A model generated the notes under the pieces. It did no database searches, was not told the DNA's origin, and saw nothing but the letters and a program-made list of their open reading frames with translations. This document shows, one piece after another, positions 46,705 through 58,900 of a stretch of 64,000 nt of DNA. The stretch is from Gnetum montanum (Eukaryota > Plantae > Gnetophyta). Where the stretch lies: the NCBI GenBank assembly GCA_015680685.1, contig MNCI01000690.1, forward strand, positions 62,001 to 126,000. The letters run 5' to 3'. A program made the translations under genes and the position numbers. Each line of letters begins with the position of its first letter. Position 1 is the first letter of the stretch.

Positions 46705-47492
46705 TGATGAGTGACGAGGTACCCCTACACTCAACCATACGAATACGAGCATTACACACGTGATCCAGTTGAACTCCAAGGACTAAGTGCTTATGTGCCT
46801 TATGGAACACTTAAGGTTAATCAATCATTGTCTTCTTAGACTTACTTGTATTGTCACGGTTGTATGGTTAAGTAAGTCTGAGGTATGTGATTTTTATGTC
46901 TTTTATCTTTTTATCGCCTATGCTAAGAGGGGAAAGGGTGAAGAGACTAAGTAACTAACTTTCACTAACTAAGCTTTAATCGTCCTAGCATCAGTATTCA
47001 TTCCCACTTTCCGTTCACACCCTGAACCAATGCAAAACTACTGGGATTACCAAACGCTATTCGTTACTGGGATTACCAAGCATAACACACGTGCTTGAAG
47101 CAGTTGTACTGAATGCACTTAACTATGAGAGTTGAGGGTTGAGAGAGATTAAGTCCTTAAGAAAGCATTTAAACATTTAACAATAATTAAAGTCCTATTT
47201 AACTTAGCCCATATGCTACAAGGTTTATCCAAAAGTTCGTCTTTATTGTCGTACACAATTGTGTGCTCAGGTACAGAATTGCTCGAATAAAGATCCGTTC
47301 ACTTTGAGACTCCTACTGCGGGCACATGGAAATTATTCTAACTCTGGAATGGTAAAATGACAAGAGTTTAGCTAAGGTCTAGATCTAGATGGAGAAATAA
47401 GGGAGAGCTACCTCTTATTTATAGAACTGATGACGGGCTACGATATCGCGTACGTGATATTGCAGGGACCGACGCAATATTGCATCCCATCA
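46705..47492 (-). repeat. 5' LTR of element 2
   Basis: 788 bp; TGATG..CATCA; TATAAATA on minus near 47416-47423. Confidence 0.95.
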
Positions 47493-47514
47493 TTTTGGAA
47501 CACTCTCAAATAAA

Positions 47515-48266
47515 TTAATGACACATTCCTTACTTGGCTAAAGCATTTGGTTTGTTGTTTGTAACTCATAGGTTATGATGTATCATGTTGGTTATATATC
47601 TTTAGGTGTACTTAGAGTCAAATTATTTTAGGTCTCGACATCTTCCCATAAGTTAATGAGGTATTTTTCAGTTGGCTAGAGCATTTGATTTATAATTTAC
47701 AACTCACAAGTTTGATTCTAAGGGATACATGAGTTTGATTTTTGTGGACAATGTTGAGTTATAAAGTTTTAATTGGACTATATATCTTAAAGAATGAACC
47801 TATATTACAATTATTTTGAGGTTCCAACACCCTTTTTAAGGGATACAACTAATCTAATATAGGGGTAAATGGGATGGTGGTGTGGGGGATAATAAAAAAA
47901 ATGATTAATAATATTTTTTAAAAATTTAGAGTACATCAAATCATCAAAAAAAAGAGTCTAACAACGAGGTGTTAGCCTAGTGGTAAGATATTTGATTTGG
48001 GAGGGGGAATGTGGAAGGGGTATGAAGGAAGGATTGAGAGGTGTGTTGGAACCCAAAATATATGAAACATAAGTACATCCTAAGATTTTATAGATGTTTA
48101 TAACTTAGTGCTACCTAGTACAATCAAACCTATGACTTGGGATTATCAAGCTAAGACCCATACCACTAGGCTAACACCTCATTGTTAATGCTAAGTTATA
48201 TAAAGTTCTAATGGACTATATATATTGGGGTGTACCTATGTTTCACTTACTTGGGGTTCCAACACC
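47515..48266. mobile_element. Cluster of tRNA-headed SINE-like units in direct and inverted orientation
   Basis: GAGGTGTTAGCCTAGTGGTA (47965) is inverted at 48160-48180; GTGTTGGAACCC (48043) is inverted at 48254-48265; the array continues on the other side of element 2 (37420-37687). Confidence 0.55.
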
Positions 48267-48859
48267 TTCTAAAGAAAAAGCCCAACGGTATTGGGGATGT
48301 CTTTTTAAGTTTTCATCCTTACAACCTGTTGGCACATTTTGGCCATTTCATGGAACAGGTTGGCATGATAAAATTTGCAAGTAAAAAAAAATCTCTTTTC
48401 AAACTTCTTAAGAGAAATAACACGATTGTATCAGAGTGTAGGGTGGTATCCTTGGAATATCATAACGAGATGAAGAGTTTTCTAGCAAGTCCAAAAATCT
48501 TTGATGACATTTATTTCTTTTAACTATGGATAGTTATGACTCAGATTTTTAGAGCACAATAATGTTATGTGATACTATGAAAAAGACATTTGAAGAATTC
48601 AAATTTCAAAGAGTAAATGGAAGAAAACTGGATTTTCAAAATCCAAAGGAGGCAATCACAACCTTCAAAGGAAAAAGAGATGAAAATTGCATTGAAGATG
48701 TGAATGAGAAAATACAAGAAATTGAAGTAAAAATCGAAATTCCATGTGATGTAAACTTGTAAACTCAATTGCTACTATTTTTCCATTAAAATTGCTCACG
48801 CTCAACTCCAAATCTCTGAGAAGGATGAAATAGGATGTGAAAGAGCAAAGAGGGAGTTG

Positions 48860-49551
48860 TCATTTGCTGGACGAAGCTCTTTGGTGTGAAAAGGTTTGGA
48901 GGTGATGGCGAATATTAGAGTTGAGGAGGTCAGACGCAATAATATTATCAGTTGCACGATTTTTGGGAAGAGGTACTTGGATGAGAAGGTTGGTCATAGG
49001 ATTGGGCTGCAGGAGTTCCGGGAGATGATCAAGGAGCTATTTGTGTTCAATGGTGTGCTGAATCTTGGTGATTTTATTCCCATGCTTGGGTTGTTTGATT
49101 TTCAGGGCTATGTTTGCCGCATGAAAAGGGTGAGCAAGAAGCTAAACGTACATGTGGACGAGGTAATAGACGAACACTGGAAGCGTATGTAGAGCATAGA
49201 AAAGTACACCTCTCAAGATCTGGTGTATGTTCTCCTGCAACTAGTAGATGATCCACAAATTGGCCTTAGTCAAACAAGAGTAAAGGTGCATACGCAAGAA
49301 ATCGTCGCCGGTGGAATCGAAAGCTCTGCAACTCTCATGTAATGGGGGCTTGTAGAGCTTCTTCATAGCCCCGCGTCAATGGAACGAGCCAAATTGGAAC
49401 TTGATTCAGTAGTAGGCCGCAATTGATGGAATCAGATATCCCGAATGTACCCTTCCTTGTGGGGATCATGAAAGAAACAACACGTCTGCATCCGGTGGCG
49501 CCGTTGCTGGTTCTACGCTCAACCAGGGAGGCTTGCACCATTAACGGCTAC
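48860..49551 (+). pseudogene. Cytochrome P450 fragment, CYP71 clan, CYP92-like
   Basis: ELFVFNGVLNLGDFIP.LG.FDFQGYV.RMKRVSKK; I-helix TQEIVAGGIESSA; Exx[14 protein letters not shown]; stops, frameshifts and a deletion; ends at INGY, with no heme motif. Confidence 0.85.
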
Positions 49552-50147
49552 CATTCTGGTGGGAGCTGGAATTATGATGAATGTTTGTCTGTGACATATT
49601 TGAAATTGAAATTGTTGATGCCAAAATCACTCTTGCTCAGCAAGGTCTTTCAACCTCTGGTTGGCTTAGCTCACTGCAACTGCTCTGCCGCAAGATGCAC
49701 CGCTATTGCAACCTCGTTGTCGACATCCCTGGAAGATCTGCGTTAACCGCAACAAAGACACCAGTGATTTGCGGTACATACAACATTTGGTGACAGATGG
49801 TGGCAAGTAAGAGCACTACGTAGAATGTTCCAGATATCCCACTCCTACCGTGTCAAGAAGATGAGGGTAGCATCAACACGTGACCTCCATTGGCTAGATC
49901 AAGCCAGAGCTGACGCCACTGCCAACGCTTATTGTTTCGATGGTGCCGTTAGCGAAAATGGAGAAGGCATTGTTCCATATGTTAGATGTAGCTGCAACAA
50001 CTTGTTTTGCTATTATCTACGTTGTTTAAAATAATGCAAGAAATTCAAGAAAAGAGGGACAGAGAAATGAAGGACAAAACCATTGTAAGCTTTGCGTCAA
50101 CGATGCCCTGTGAGCAGGGTTTCACAGCGGCAAGTGTTGCGGATTAT

Positions 50148-50500
50148 GGATCCCTTGAATACATTAAGAAAAGTGCCTTATTGTTCATGGAAATAACATC
50201 GGCGGGATCCTTCTCTAACGCTCAGTTCCGGGGAACCAAATTCTTGATCTCAACTGCGTCATTGCCGGCTGCTAGGGTTTCAACACGGTCGAAGGTCTTG
50301 CCCACCGCTTCGAGGTCGCCAAGCTGCAGCTGGACATGGCTGAGCATGGAAACCAAAAACGGATCCTCTGGACTCCTTTGCAGCAACTTTCCCATCCATT
50401 TCATCATGATCACGTTCTCTTTCTGGCTCAAATGATGGCAAACAATGGAATTAATCACAATCTCCTCACGCCTACGCCAGAGAGCAGCTCGAGAAGCAAA
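50148..50500 (-). pseudogene. Fragment of a TRAPPC12-like TPR protein gene
   Basis: LWRRREEIVINSIVCHHLSQKE..DPFLVS.L..VQLQLGDLE...TFDRVE..KNLV.RN*AL/EKDPADVISMNNKAL.LMYSRD matches plant TRAPPC12 with an internal deletion. Confidence 0.75.
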
Positions 50501-50704
50501 ATACGCCAAATCATTGTGTGAGGAACGATCCAAATCAGCTATTTTTTCATCATCCTGATAATTTCCACACATAGAACCCTGGGAATCAACCGTTAACACA
50601 ACAAAAAATTAAATTAAAATTAATTAACTAAGACATGCATAGTGTTAAACATACTTTGACAATATTGCATTGAAAAAAAAGAAAAGAAATTTTTGGGATA
50701 TTTT

Positions 50705-51856
50705 TGTAACGTCCTATATAAAGGGGACATTTGGCTAGTATCCCTTTTATTCCTATGAAAGATTATAGTTACAAGTAAAATTCCATGATAATTGTAGCTA
50801 ATTTTAAATTACCAAAAAGACGCATGCCAATGTTAGCATGATTTTCTCCTAACTTCATGTATAAGTTATAACTTCCTAACTTGTTGGGCAAGTTATAACT
50901 TCCTTACTTGGGAAAGAAGTTACCTACGATATTTTATAATATCTAAATACCTATGAGACCCTATAAAAAGGCTTCAAGGGTCTTGGTGGCAGAAAGGAGG
51001 AGGAGGAAGAGCATTGGAAAAGAAGACATTGTGAAAGATTGCTTGTAAGATGACTTGTTAAAGACCACATTTCAGCCTCTTTGTCATAGTCCTATGAGTT
51101 ATGCTTATTATTTTTTATTTTGTTTAAATTGTTTAGCTAGTAGTTTAGATAGTATCATGCTTGGCAAGTAATTTTGGGATTTTTAGATTGCTCTTATTAT
51201 TCTTGTTGCATAATAGAAAATTTCTATTTAAATTTTGCCATAGAAGAGCTTGTCCTTAAGAGCATTTTAGTAGTAAATTTTGTTATTGTGCAATGTATAA
51301 GAACCACTATTGAGATTGTTATAAGAGAGCCTCTGCATGTAGTTAAGCCGTTGAATGATTCAATAGTCAAGAGGGTTCAGAAAATCTTTGGTATTTTTAT
51401 AGGACCAGAATAGCTTCTTTTATCTTTAAAGTGGATCTCTGTGATATTTCAATAAAAAATTGTCAAGTCTTTTGAAGGTTCTGTTGAATGCAATTGTTGA
51501 CATCCATTATCTAGCCAAAATAGAGTCTAGTACGTGATAGTTTACGCAGCAATTTTTTGGGTAGCATAGTAGCATTGTCTTGAAGAAATTGCTTTTTTGA
51601 GCCTTGGAAGTTTGAACAATTCATAGTTATTGAATTTGTGATAGCTTTATTGCGGAGTGTTTACTTGTATCATTTTACCTTGTTTAAAAATTTGAGATCT
51701 TTACACAAATCTACTTTCTTTTTCTCTTCTTTCTATTTCCATTGAATCTCTCTCTATTTCTAGTTTTCTTGTGGAACTATCTCTCTCTCTGGGGAAAATT
51801 AGAATTAGATTCACAAAGTTGTGCTCAAATTTTTTTGCAAAACTTTATTTGTTACA
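50705..51856 (+). mobile_element. Possible old LTR (solo or truncated element)
   Basis: TGTAAC...GTTACA inverted termini; TTATAACTTCC repeats before CCTATAAAAAGG (~50960); no matching TSD. Confidence 0.4.
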
Positions 51857-52314
51857 AGTAAGTATTATAAGGATTGCATAGACTAGGCAATTGAACAAAA
51901 TAAGAACTCTCAACAACTCACAGTACTTTGCAAAGTTGGTTGAATCTCTTTAAGATAAGTCATTTATAGTTTTATACATAACCCAATAGTTTCATTTTTC
52001 ACAACAGCACACACAGATACTCACATTAACTACTGAGTCTATTTGGAGGTATCTGGGCCTTGGTGTTACCAGAGACTAGCAAGCACCTAAATCCTGTTTG
52101 AGGACACTCATTGGCGGTCGCGTCCCAAATGGTCGCCAACACAACCAATCCTAAAAAACCTCCCTTATGGGATAGGAAAAAGATCATACCTAGCTTTTAT
52201 TTAGAAACATCCTCACAAGTTTTCACTTCTTACTAAAGGATTTCTTCTAAAGAGAATGAAAAAATTGTGTCTAAGAAAAAAGAAAACATCAATAGAAAAT
52301 AGCAACAACTAATC

Positions 52315-52760
52315 TAATATAGTTATGCATGTTTTTTCATTAGTATTAAAGGGTACATATCATCAAATAGTTTGTATAGTTAATGACTTGGTTGGTTACA
52401 TTATGGAACTTGTGGTTTATAAGTTATAGGTTCAAAATTCCAATAGTGATGAATGGTGGGTAGTTCTTATGCCCAACAATACAAATATGCAAGCATATGT
52501 AATTGACTCTATCATAATATGTCAATTGATTCTAAAAGATATGACTAATATGATATAGCTATGCATGTTTTTCTTAAGTTTGAAGTGGTACATATAGTCT
52601 AATGATTCATATGGCCAACGAGATATCACTTGGTTGGTTAGACCATGGAACTTATGGTTTGCAACTTACATGTTCAAGATTCCAATAATGTTGAGTAATG
52701 CTTAGTTCTCACACCTAACCATACAAATCTATTAGCATATGTAGTTTACTCTATCGTAAT
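52315..52760 (+). repeat. Two diverged ~235-bp tandem units with a tRNA B-box-like GGTTCAA
   Basis: atatagYtatgcatgttttt...cttggttggtta..atggaactt.tggttt..ttccaata..tacaaat..agcatatgta..tactctatc repeated. Confidence 0.55.
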
Positions 52761-52801
52761 CTATGGAGAGTTGGGTTAGGTGGGGTTAGTTTTGCTGGTG
52801 A

Positions 52802-53947
52802 TGGTGTTGGAATCCTAAAATAATTATAATATAAGTACACCCCAAGATATATACTCTAATTAGAACTTTGTAACTCAATATTTCCCACCAAAATTGAACC
52901 CATGGCTTGGAGCTTTCATATCAAGAGTTTTACCACTAGGCTAACATCTCATTGTTGTATGTCTAACAGTAGAATTGTTGAATCACTCATTATCTTCCTA
53001 GTTTATGCTTGTAGCAAGCTTAGAGTACATGATTAAGCATGGTTAAGACATAGGTTTAATGTGTTATCTAGTCCATTTTACTTAAGGAACATCACCCAAA
53101 GCCACAATGCTCATCTAGCTAAGTGGGGTCCTAGAAGGAGTGGTGGATGAGTGAAAGTCTACCCTCTTCAGGTGGTTGTGCCTAAGCACGAACCCAAGTC
53201 TTCAACTTGAGAAACAAGGACCTTAACATCACTTTGAATGATGGTCCCTATCTAGTTCATTTTACTAAAAATAAAAGTTATTTTAAACTAATGCTAAGTA
53301 ACTCCAAGCATAGGTAAAAGTAAAGGATTATAAGCTATGAGTATCCTCTCTGCCAACCTATGTCACACTTATAGATTTACACATTAATCATTGGGCAACC
53401 AAAAAAGCCAACTATTGTGCAAATCAAGTTGATTAGCCTCTAAATAACCAAATTAATTGTATTTAGTGCTTGAAATCCTGATGCACTTATTTTTCATTAT
53501 TAATTAAAAATGTAAATGTAAATGTAAACATTATAGAAAGTTTTAAATACATGAAATGTAACATTAGGCTAAGTTAAAGCGTTGCAATGTGCATCTTTAT
53601 TATTAAACATGATTACATCCAGGAATAACCACTCAAATAAGAACTTTATTGACTAACTTAGATACATGCTCTAGGCACTTGCTAACTGACTAAGAATCAT
53701 CAAACAAAATTGAAAACATTTTTTTACAACCCACTAAAACTAATGATTTCAGCCATTTTCATACATATATTTATAGGAAAAAATTTTCAACTATGTTAAC
53801 ACATAGTGTTATCACTTGAAGCTTTAATTCTCATCTCACAAAGCATGATCTAAGAAAGGTTAGTCGATGACAAAAAGACTAACCTCTTCGAGTGGTTGTG
53901 TCCAAGTCCAAATCTAGTCTTTTGACTTGAGAAATAAGCACCTTACA
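52802..53947 (-). mobile_element. SINE copies: tRNA-headed family (52802-52955) and Au-like family (53088-53225, 53820-53947)
   Basis: taccactaggctaacatctcattg; catcacccaaagccacaatgctcatctagctaagtggggtcctagaagg..cttgagaaacaagg. Confidence 0.6.
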
Positions 53948-55922
53948 ACATTGTATAGAGAAAAAAAATTGGTCATTTAATGCTCACATGTATATGTTTA
54001 GTTAGACACATTACTTGTGAATGTGACTAACATTTTGGAAAACTGTAAGTGCTTAATAATGTTTGATAAACTACAAACAAAATTCTACAACAAACAAAAT
54101 CTAAATTTCTCAAGGCTTGGGAATTCTATATTTGTAGCAAATAAAATGATCTACAATAAATAATACCTAGATCTCTCACATATAACTTCTCATGATTTTG
54201 AAATTTAATTTTTTTTAATTTATCATGGATAAACTAGATCCAGCATCATAATTAAAATTTTTCAAATTTTCCATGGATGATTTCTTATGTTTCGATAAAA
54301 TCTTTAAAGATATTTTATGGTTTAGAAAGTCAAATTTCTTAAATTTTTCATGCTCAAGGTTTTGGAATTTAGATTTTTAAAATTTCTTAGAGTTTGATAA
54401 AATATTTATTTTTAAAAAATAGACTCAAAATATATAAATTAGTAATTTGAACTCATAACATGTATTTCATAAACTCATTACTCTACAATCAAACCATTGT
54501 TTACTTTATGTAAACTTTTCAAATTATTCTGTATTTGTGTATGTAAATGGGTTGGTTCCACCACTACCTAGGTAGCACATAGTGGTGGTACCAATTCTTT
54601 CATGGAAGATTTTTAAAACACATAAACATCATGGTAGCATTACAATAAATGATATGTTGTGTACTATGCCTATCCAACAAATCATTTTCAAGTGACATAA
54701 AATGGATTAAGTCCAATTACAAAAATTTTAAGATGATACTTCACTATAAACTAACTGATTACAATCACTGAATTATAATTAACTTACAAACTTTGGTAAT
54801 GACAATCCTAAGCTTGGGTAAATAAGGAGGTAGATTATCATTAGGTTGGTAACTAGGTGTAAACCCATGCTTAATCTTATAGATAAGTTCCTTTTTAGAT
54901 TTTATAAATGCTAGAGCATTCTCTTGATGTAATGCACAGTAGTCACAAAGCTTGGTTGATATGGAAAATGGACAAAAAATTAAGAGCTAGCTCCTCATAG
55001 AGATGAATGGTGAAGAAGAACTCATATAGCTAATCCTATCTTGTTGGGTCAAGGATAGGATGATAATGATGAATTGTAATATGTTGACCTTTTGGTATGT
55101 TAAAACCTTAGAAAATGGAAAATGTGGAAAGTGTGTTTGTGTGGTCTGGTAGGATAGGAAAGAGTAGAGCATGAACAAGAGCAAAACCAAAATCATGATG
55201 AAATCAAGATAATCATGAGCTTCAAAGTGACAAGATAAGTTTTGGATAAGACAAAAGCTGAGTTATCAAAATGAGAGTTGGGATGACAAAATGATAGCTG
55301 GGATGTAGATATGAGATAACACAAAGTCTCAATTAGAAAATGAATTCTACAAGCCAAAAGAAGATATTTTGAGATTTTTCAAGATGTTCCAAATGTTAGA
55401 GAAATGTCCTAGAGTTTAAAGTGTAGTTGCAGAATAGATGTTTCAAATAAATAGCATACATCCAAATTATTGTTGGGACGTCCCAATTTTCAGTGGTATG
55501 TCCCACCTACATGAGAGCTATTTTCAAATAGACATCCCAAGCTTGAATGGGACATCCCAACTAGCCATTTCCTAGATATTACATGAATTCCAAGGAGGAT
55601 TCGTAGAGTAAAAGGCTATAAAACAAAGTGGAGTTCTTGAAAAAAGATAAGCACTATTCATGTGATTAATCTATCATTGTCTATATCTTGTGTTGTCATT
55701 AATCCTTCAATTTTTCTATCATTTGTGAATTTTTTTGTGTTGTAAGAGCTTTAAAACAAGGAACTTGTAAAGCTTAGTTACATTCTCTCCTTAATTCTTT
55801 CTTCTCTCTTTGTAGCCCTATGGGGTTGATGTGCTTCTTGCAAGAAGGCATCTTGTGAGCTTGTTGGGACCTTACGGGGTTGAGTGTGTTTCCAACAAGA
55901 AAATGCTTTGTGTGGTGCTCAT

Positions 55923-58900
55923 TGTGGATCATTGAACTTAGAAGGAGAGGGATGAATAAGTTTCCCAAATTGAAATTCTTCCCAACTTGGGTAGTCCACA
56001 CTCAGAGGGTAGATCGCAAGCACACCTCCAAACTTTGTTGCTCTCAAATGTGGTTTGAAGGATCCACACCCTATACAATTTTCAAGCCCTGCTATAGAGT
56101 GTTGTGACACTACACCAACCACTCAACCTCTCAAGGTCCCATTAAGCTTTGAATGTAGTTTCCATGCTTCTAGAACCTTTACAATCTTGAGCTTTACTTA
56201 GGAGTGTTGTGCTGCAACACCAACCACTCAATCCTACAAGATCTCAACAAGCTCAATCAAGATGCCTTCCTACAAGAAGCACATCAACCCTACAGGACAA
56301 CAAGGGAGAACAACAATTACAAGGAATGAATGCAACTTAGTTTGTTGATCCTTGGACTTTAAGGTCCAACAAACTTTACAATGGACAAAATGATAATACA
56401 ATGAAGAGCAACAATGATTATAGTGATTGACAAATGATTAAACAATTATTGTACAAGAGCGTTCACATTTCCTACTGCATATGATGTCTTCTTATAGCTA
56501 CCATGTTTTCAAATCCATCTTGAAACTCATGCAATGGGTAGCTAATGTTAGCTAATGATCATGAAAGATGTCTTCTTCATGCCTAAGACATCTTTCTATA
56601 TTTTCCTTCTATTTTGGGAAGATGTCTTTGTCTAGGAAAGACATCTTTCTGAAATCTCCATTTTGGGAAGATGTCTTTGTCTAGTAAAAGATGCCCTTTT
56701 GAAAGTAACTTGCATTCTATGAAGACATCTTTACTTGGTGGAAGATGTCTTTTCCTAAGGAAAGACTTCTACTATTTCTTGAAGACATCTTTGCTTGCGC
56801 ATCCTCCAATTCTACCAAGACATCTATTATTTCTCAGAGATGTCTTTCTTCAACCTTCCTTTGCATGATGAATTCATCATTCCTTGTTCATAATCTTGCA
56901 TTCTTGCATGCATTAATGATGACAACTTTACTTGTACATGTTCTTTGAATATCTTCCTTTGAGCTTTTCTTTTGTCAATGCAACCTTAAGACCTTGTGGA
57001 TGACTTTCTTCTTTTGTCTACATCAGTGTGTTCCTTGTCATCTCATCTTGGTCCTACAACCACACAACCATACAAATAACCTTTTTCTTCATTTTTCTTA
57101 ACGTTTTGACACACCAAAAGCTCCATAATCTCCTCCTTTTTGGTGATGTTCAAAACTTAAGAAAATGGATTAGTGATCATACAAATATAACCATATTACG
57201 CTTCCCCTTTTTAAACAACAAAAAAAAGGATAAGGCACATAAATTGGTTAAAGAGTATGCATAATGTCATATAACAAAAAAAAAAACATTTATCTAAGCA
57301 ATAAGATCAATTAAAGAGCACATATTTTTAGCATAAAGTTCCAAGACAAGTTGCCCTGAATTTGTCAAAAGCTAATCCAAGCCTTCCAAGTGATATTCAA
57401 ACTTAAAGCTTAAAGTGAAGTATAAGCCTTGAAGATCAAGTAACCTATCTCTAAATCAATAATTCATTAGTAGTTTATAGTGCATGGTTATTTTAATGTT
57501 CAAATATTCTCTTTCCTTTAAAGAAAACATCAACAAAAGATTAGGGCATATCTTATATGATAAGGAGAATATAGCAATAAAACTTTACAATGTGAAATCA
57601 GTCATGCCATATTTTAAATTCTTGAGCTAGGAAATACATCTCATAGAAAACTACTCAAAGGATGTTTCAATCAAAATCATGGATACTTTTCCATAATTAG
57701 AATGATCATGTTCTTGCTCATATTGTTGTAAGGAACAATATCCCTATTTGCATTCTTTCATAAAAATATAGGTACTTCTTACTTTAGCTTATGCTTGAAT
57801 GTCAAATAGGTGGGCTAATGATACATTAAGACTTGATCTTATTAGTTCAAAATAAGAATCTACAACTAATCCAAAAAGGACCAACAACATATAATTTGAT
57901 GCTAAGGAACAAATATAGATCAAGCAGCCTATCTAATTGAAACAATTTTCTCATTAGAACTTGTATCTTTATATTCAACTAGAACTTTGAAAAACATCAA
58001 CACAAGGATATGGAAACCATGAGAGAGACATGCAAATTTTTCTTTTTGTGTAAGGCAATGCCACAAACACAACCATTGTTCAAAAAAATAATAATAATCA
58101 TGCCAAAGGATATTAGAAACACAAATTCAAGACTTAGCCATTTAGTTAAAAGAAAAATACCTCTTGATGTCCTTATCTTGCTCATTTTGGAATATTTTGC
58201 TATTTCAGTATCTCTTGGTTGAAGTCTCCAAAGACTCCCCCTACACAAGTGTTGATTATCTTGGGCTATTAATATACAAATTTTGTAAATCACAAAAAAA
58301 ACCACTACAAATATAGGTCAACATTAAGCTAAAATGTGGATGCTAAGGTCTTCAATCAATAATATTGATAAGATTTTTCAAAGGCTTGTCTTATCTCATA
58401 AATAGCAAAAATATCCCAAAGGCCATGAGCTTAGAAGCAAATCATCACAATAAGTTTAGATTAAACAAGATTGAAAACATGATAAAAACCAATAGGATAA
58501 TGATTCAAAGGAAATCAAAATAAGTGTTGCACATATATTTTCATAGAACCAATTATATCAAGCTTAAAAATGAATGTAAGGAATGCTCTAAACAATTATT
58601 CCACCATTTTTCAAGACACAAATAATTTTGGACTTCAAATAACATTCTTATTAACTAGCAAGCAAAGAGATGGAAGCTTACCTTGATTTACCTTGCTTGT
58701 AGGAGAGAAGAGAAGATTATGGAGTTTGAGATGAGGTCCCCTATCATGAAGTACCTCCTCATCCTTCGTTCTCTTTCATTAGATCATATATGTGATGCCT
58801 CTATTTGTTCATGCTCTTTATGATAAAACCTTTGAACACTTATTGCATCATTTTCAATTCTTCACTTCTCTTCATTCTCACTTATTGGTACTTATACAAT

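Larger units (their letters stand above)
37688..47492 (-). mobile_element. Full-length Athila-type Ty3/gypsy LTR retrotransposon (element 2), gag-pol degenerate, no long env-position ORF
   Basis: 788-bp LTRs; TSD TTTTG (37683-87, 47493-97); tRNA-Asp PBS; PPT-like AGTCATGGGGG; domain order gag-PR-RT-RH-INT. Confidence 0.97.

Noticed and set aside
47961-48186. tRNA gene
   Set aside because: A/B-box-like head only; no cloverleaf; belongs to a dispersed repeat.
49553-50147. Assigning a product to the middle segment of the mosaic
   Set aside because: None of the frames I translated gave a recognisable protein.
54552-54594. 15-bp hairpin TTGGTTCCACCACTA/TAGTGGTGGTACCAA as a Helitron end or terminator
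   Set aside because: No CTRR terminus nearby and no associated element; isolated.
56565-56846. CRISPR-like regularly spaced repeats
   Set aside because: 10-bp motifs inside duplicated LTRs of a eukaryotic retrotransposon; no unique spacers and no cas genes.
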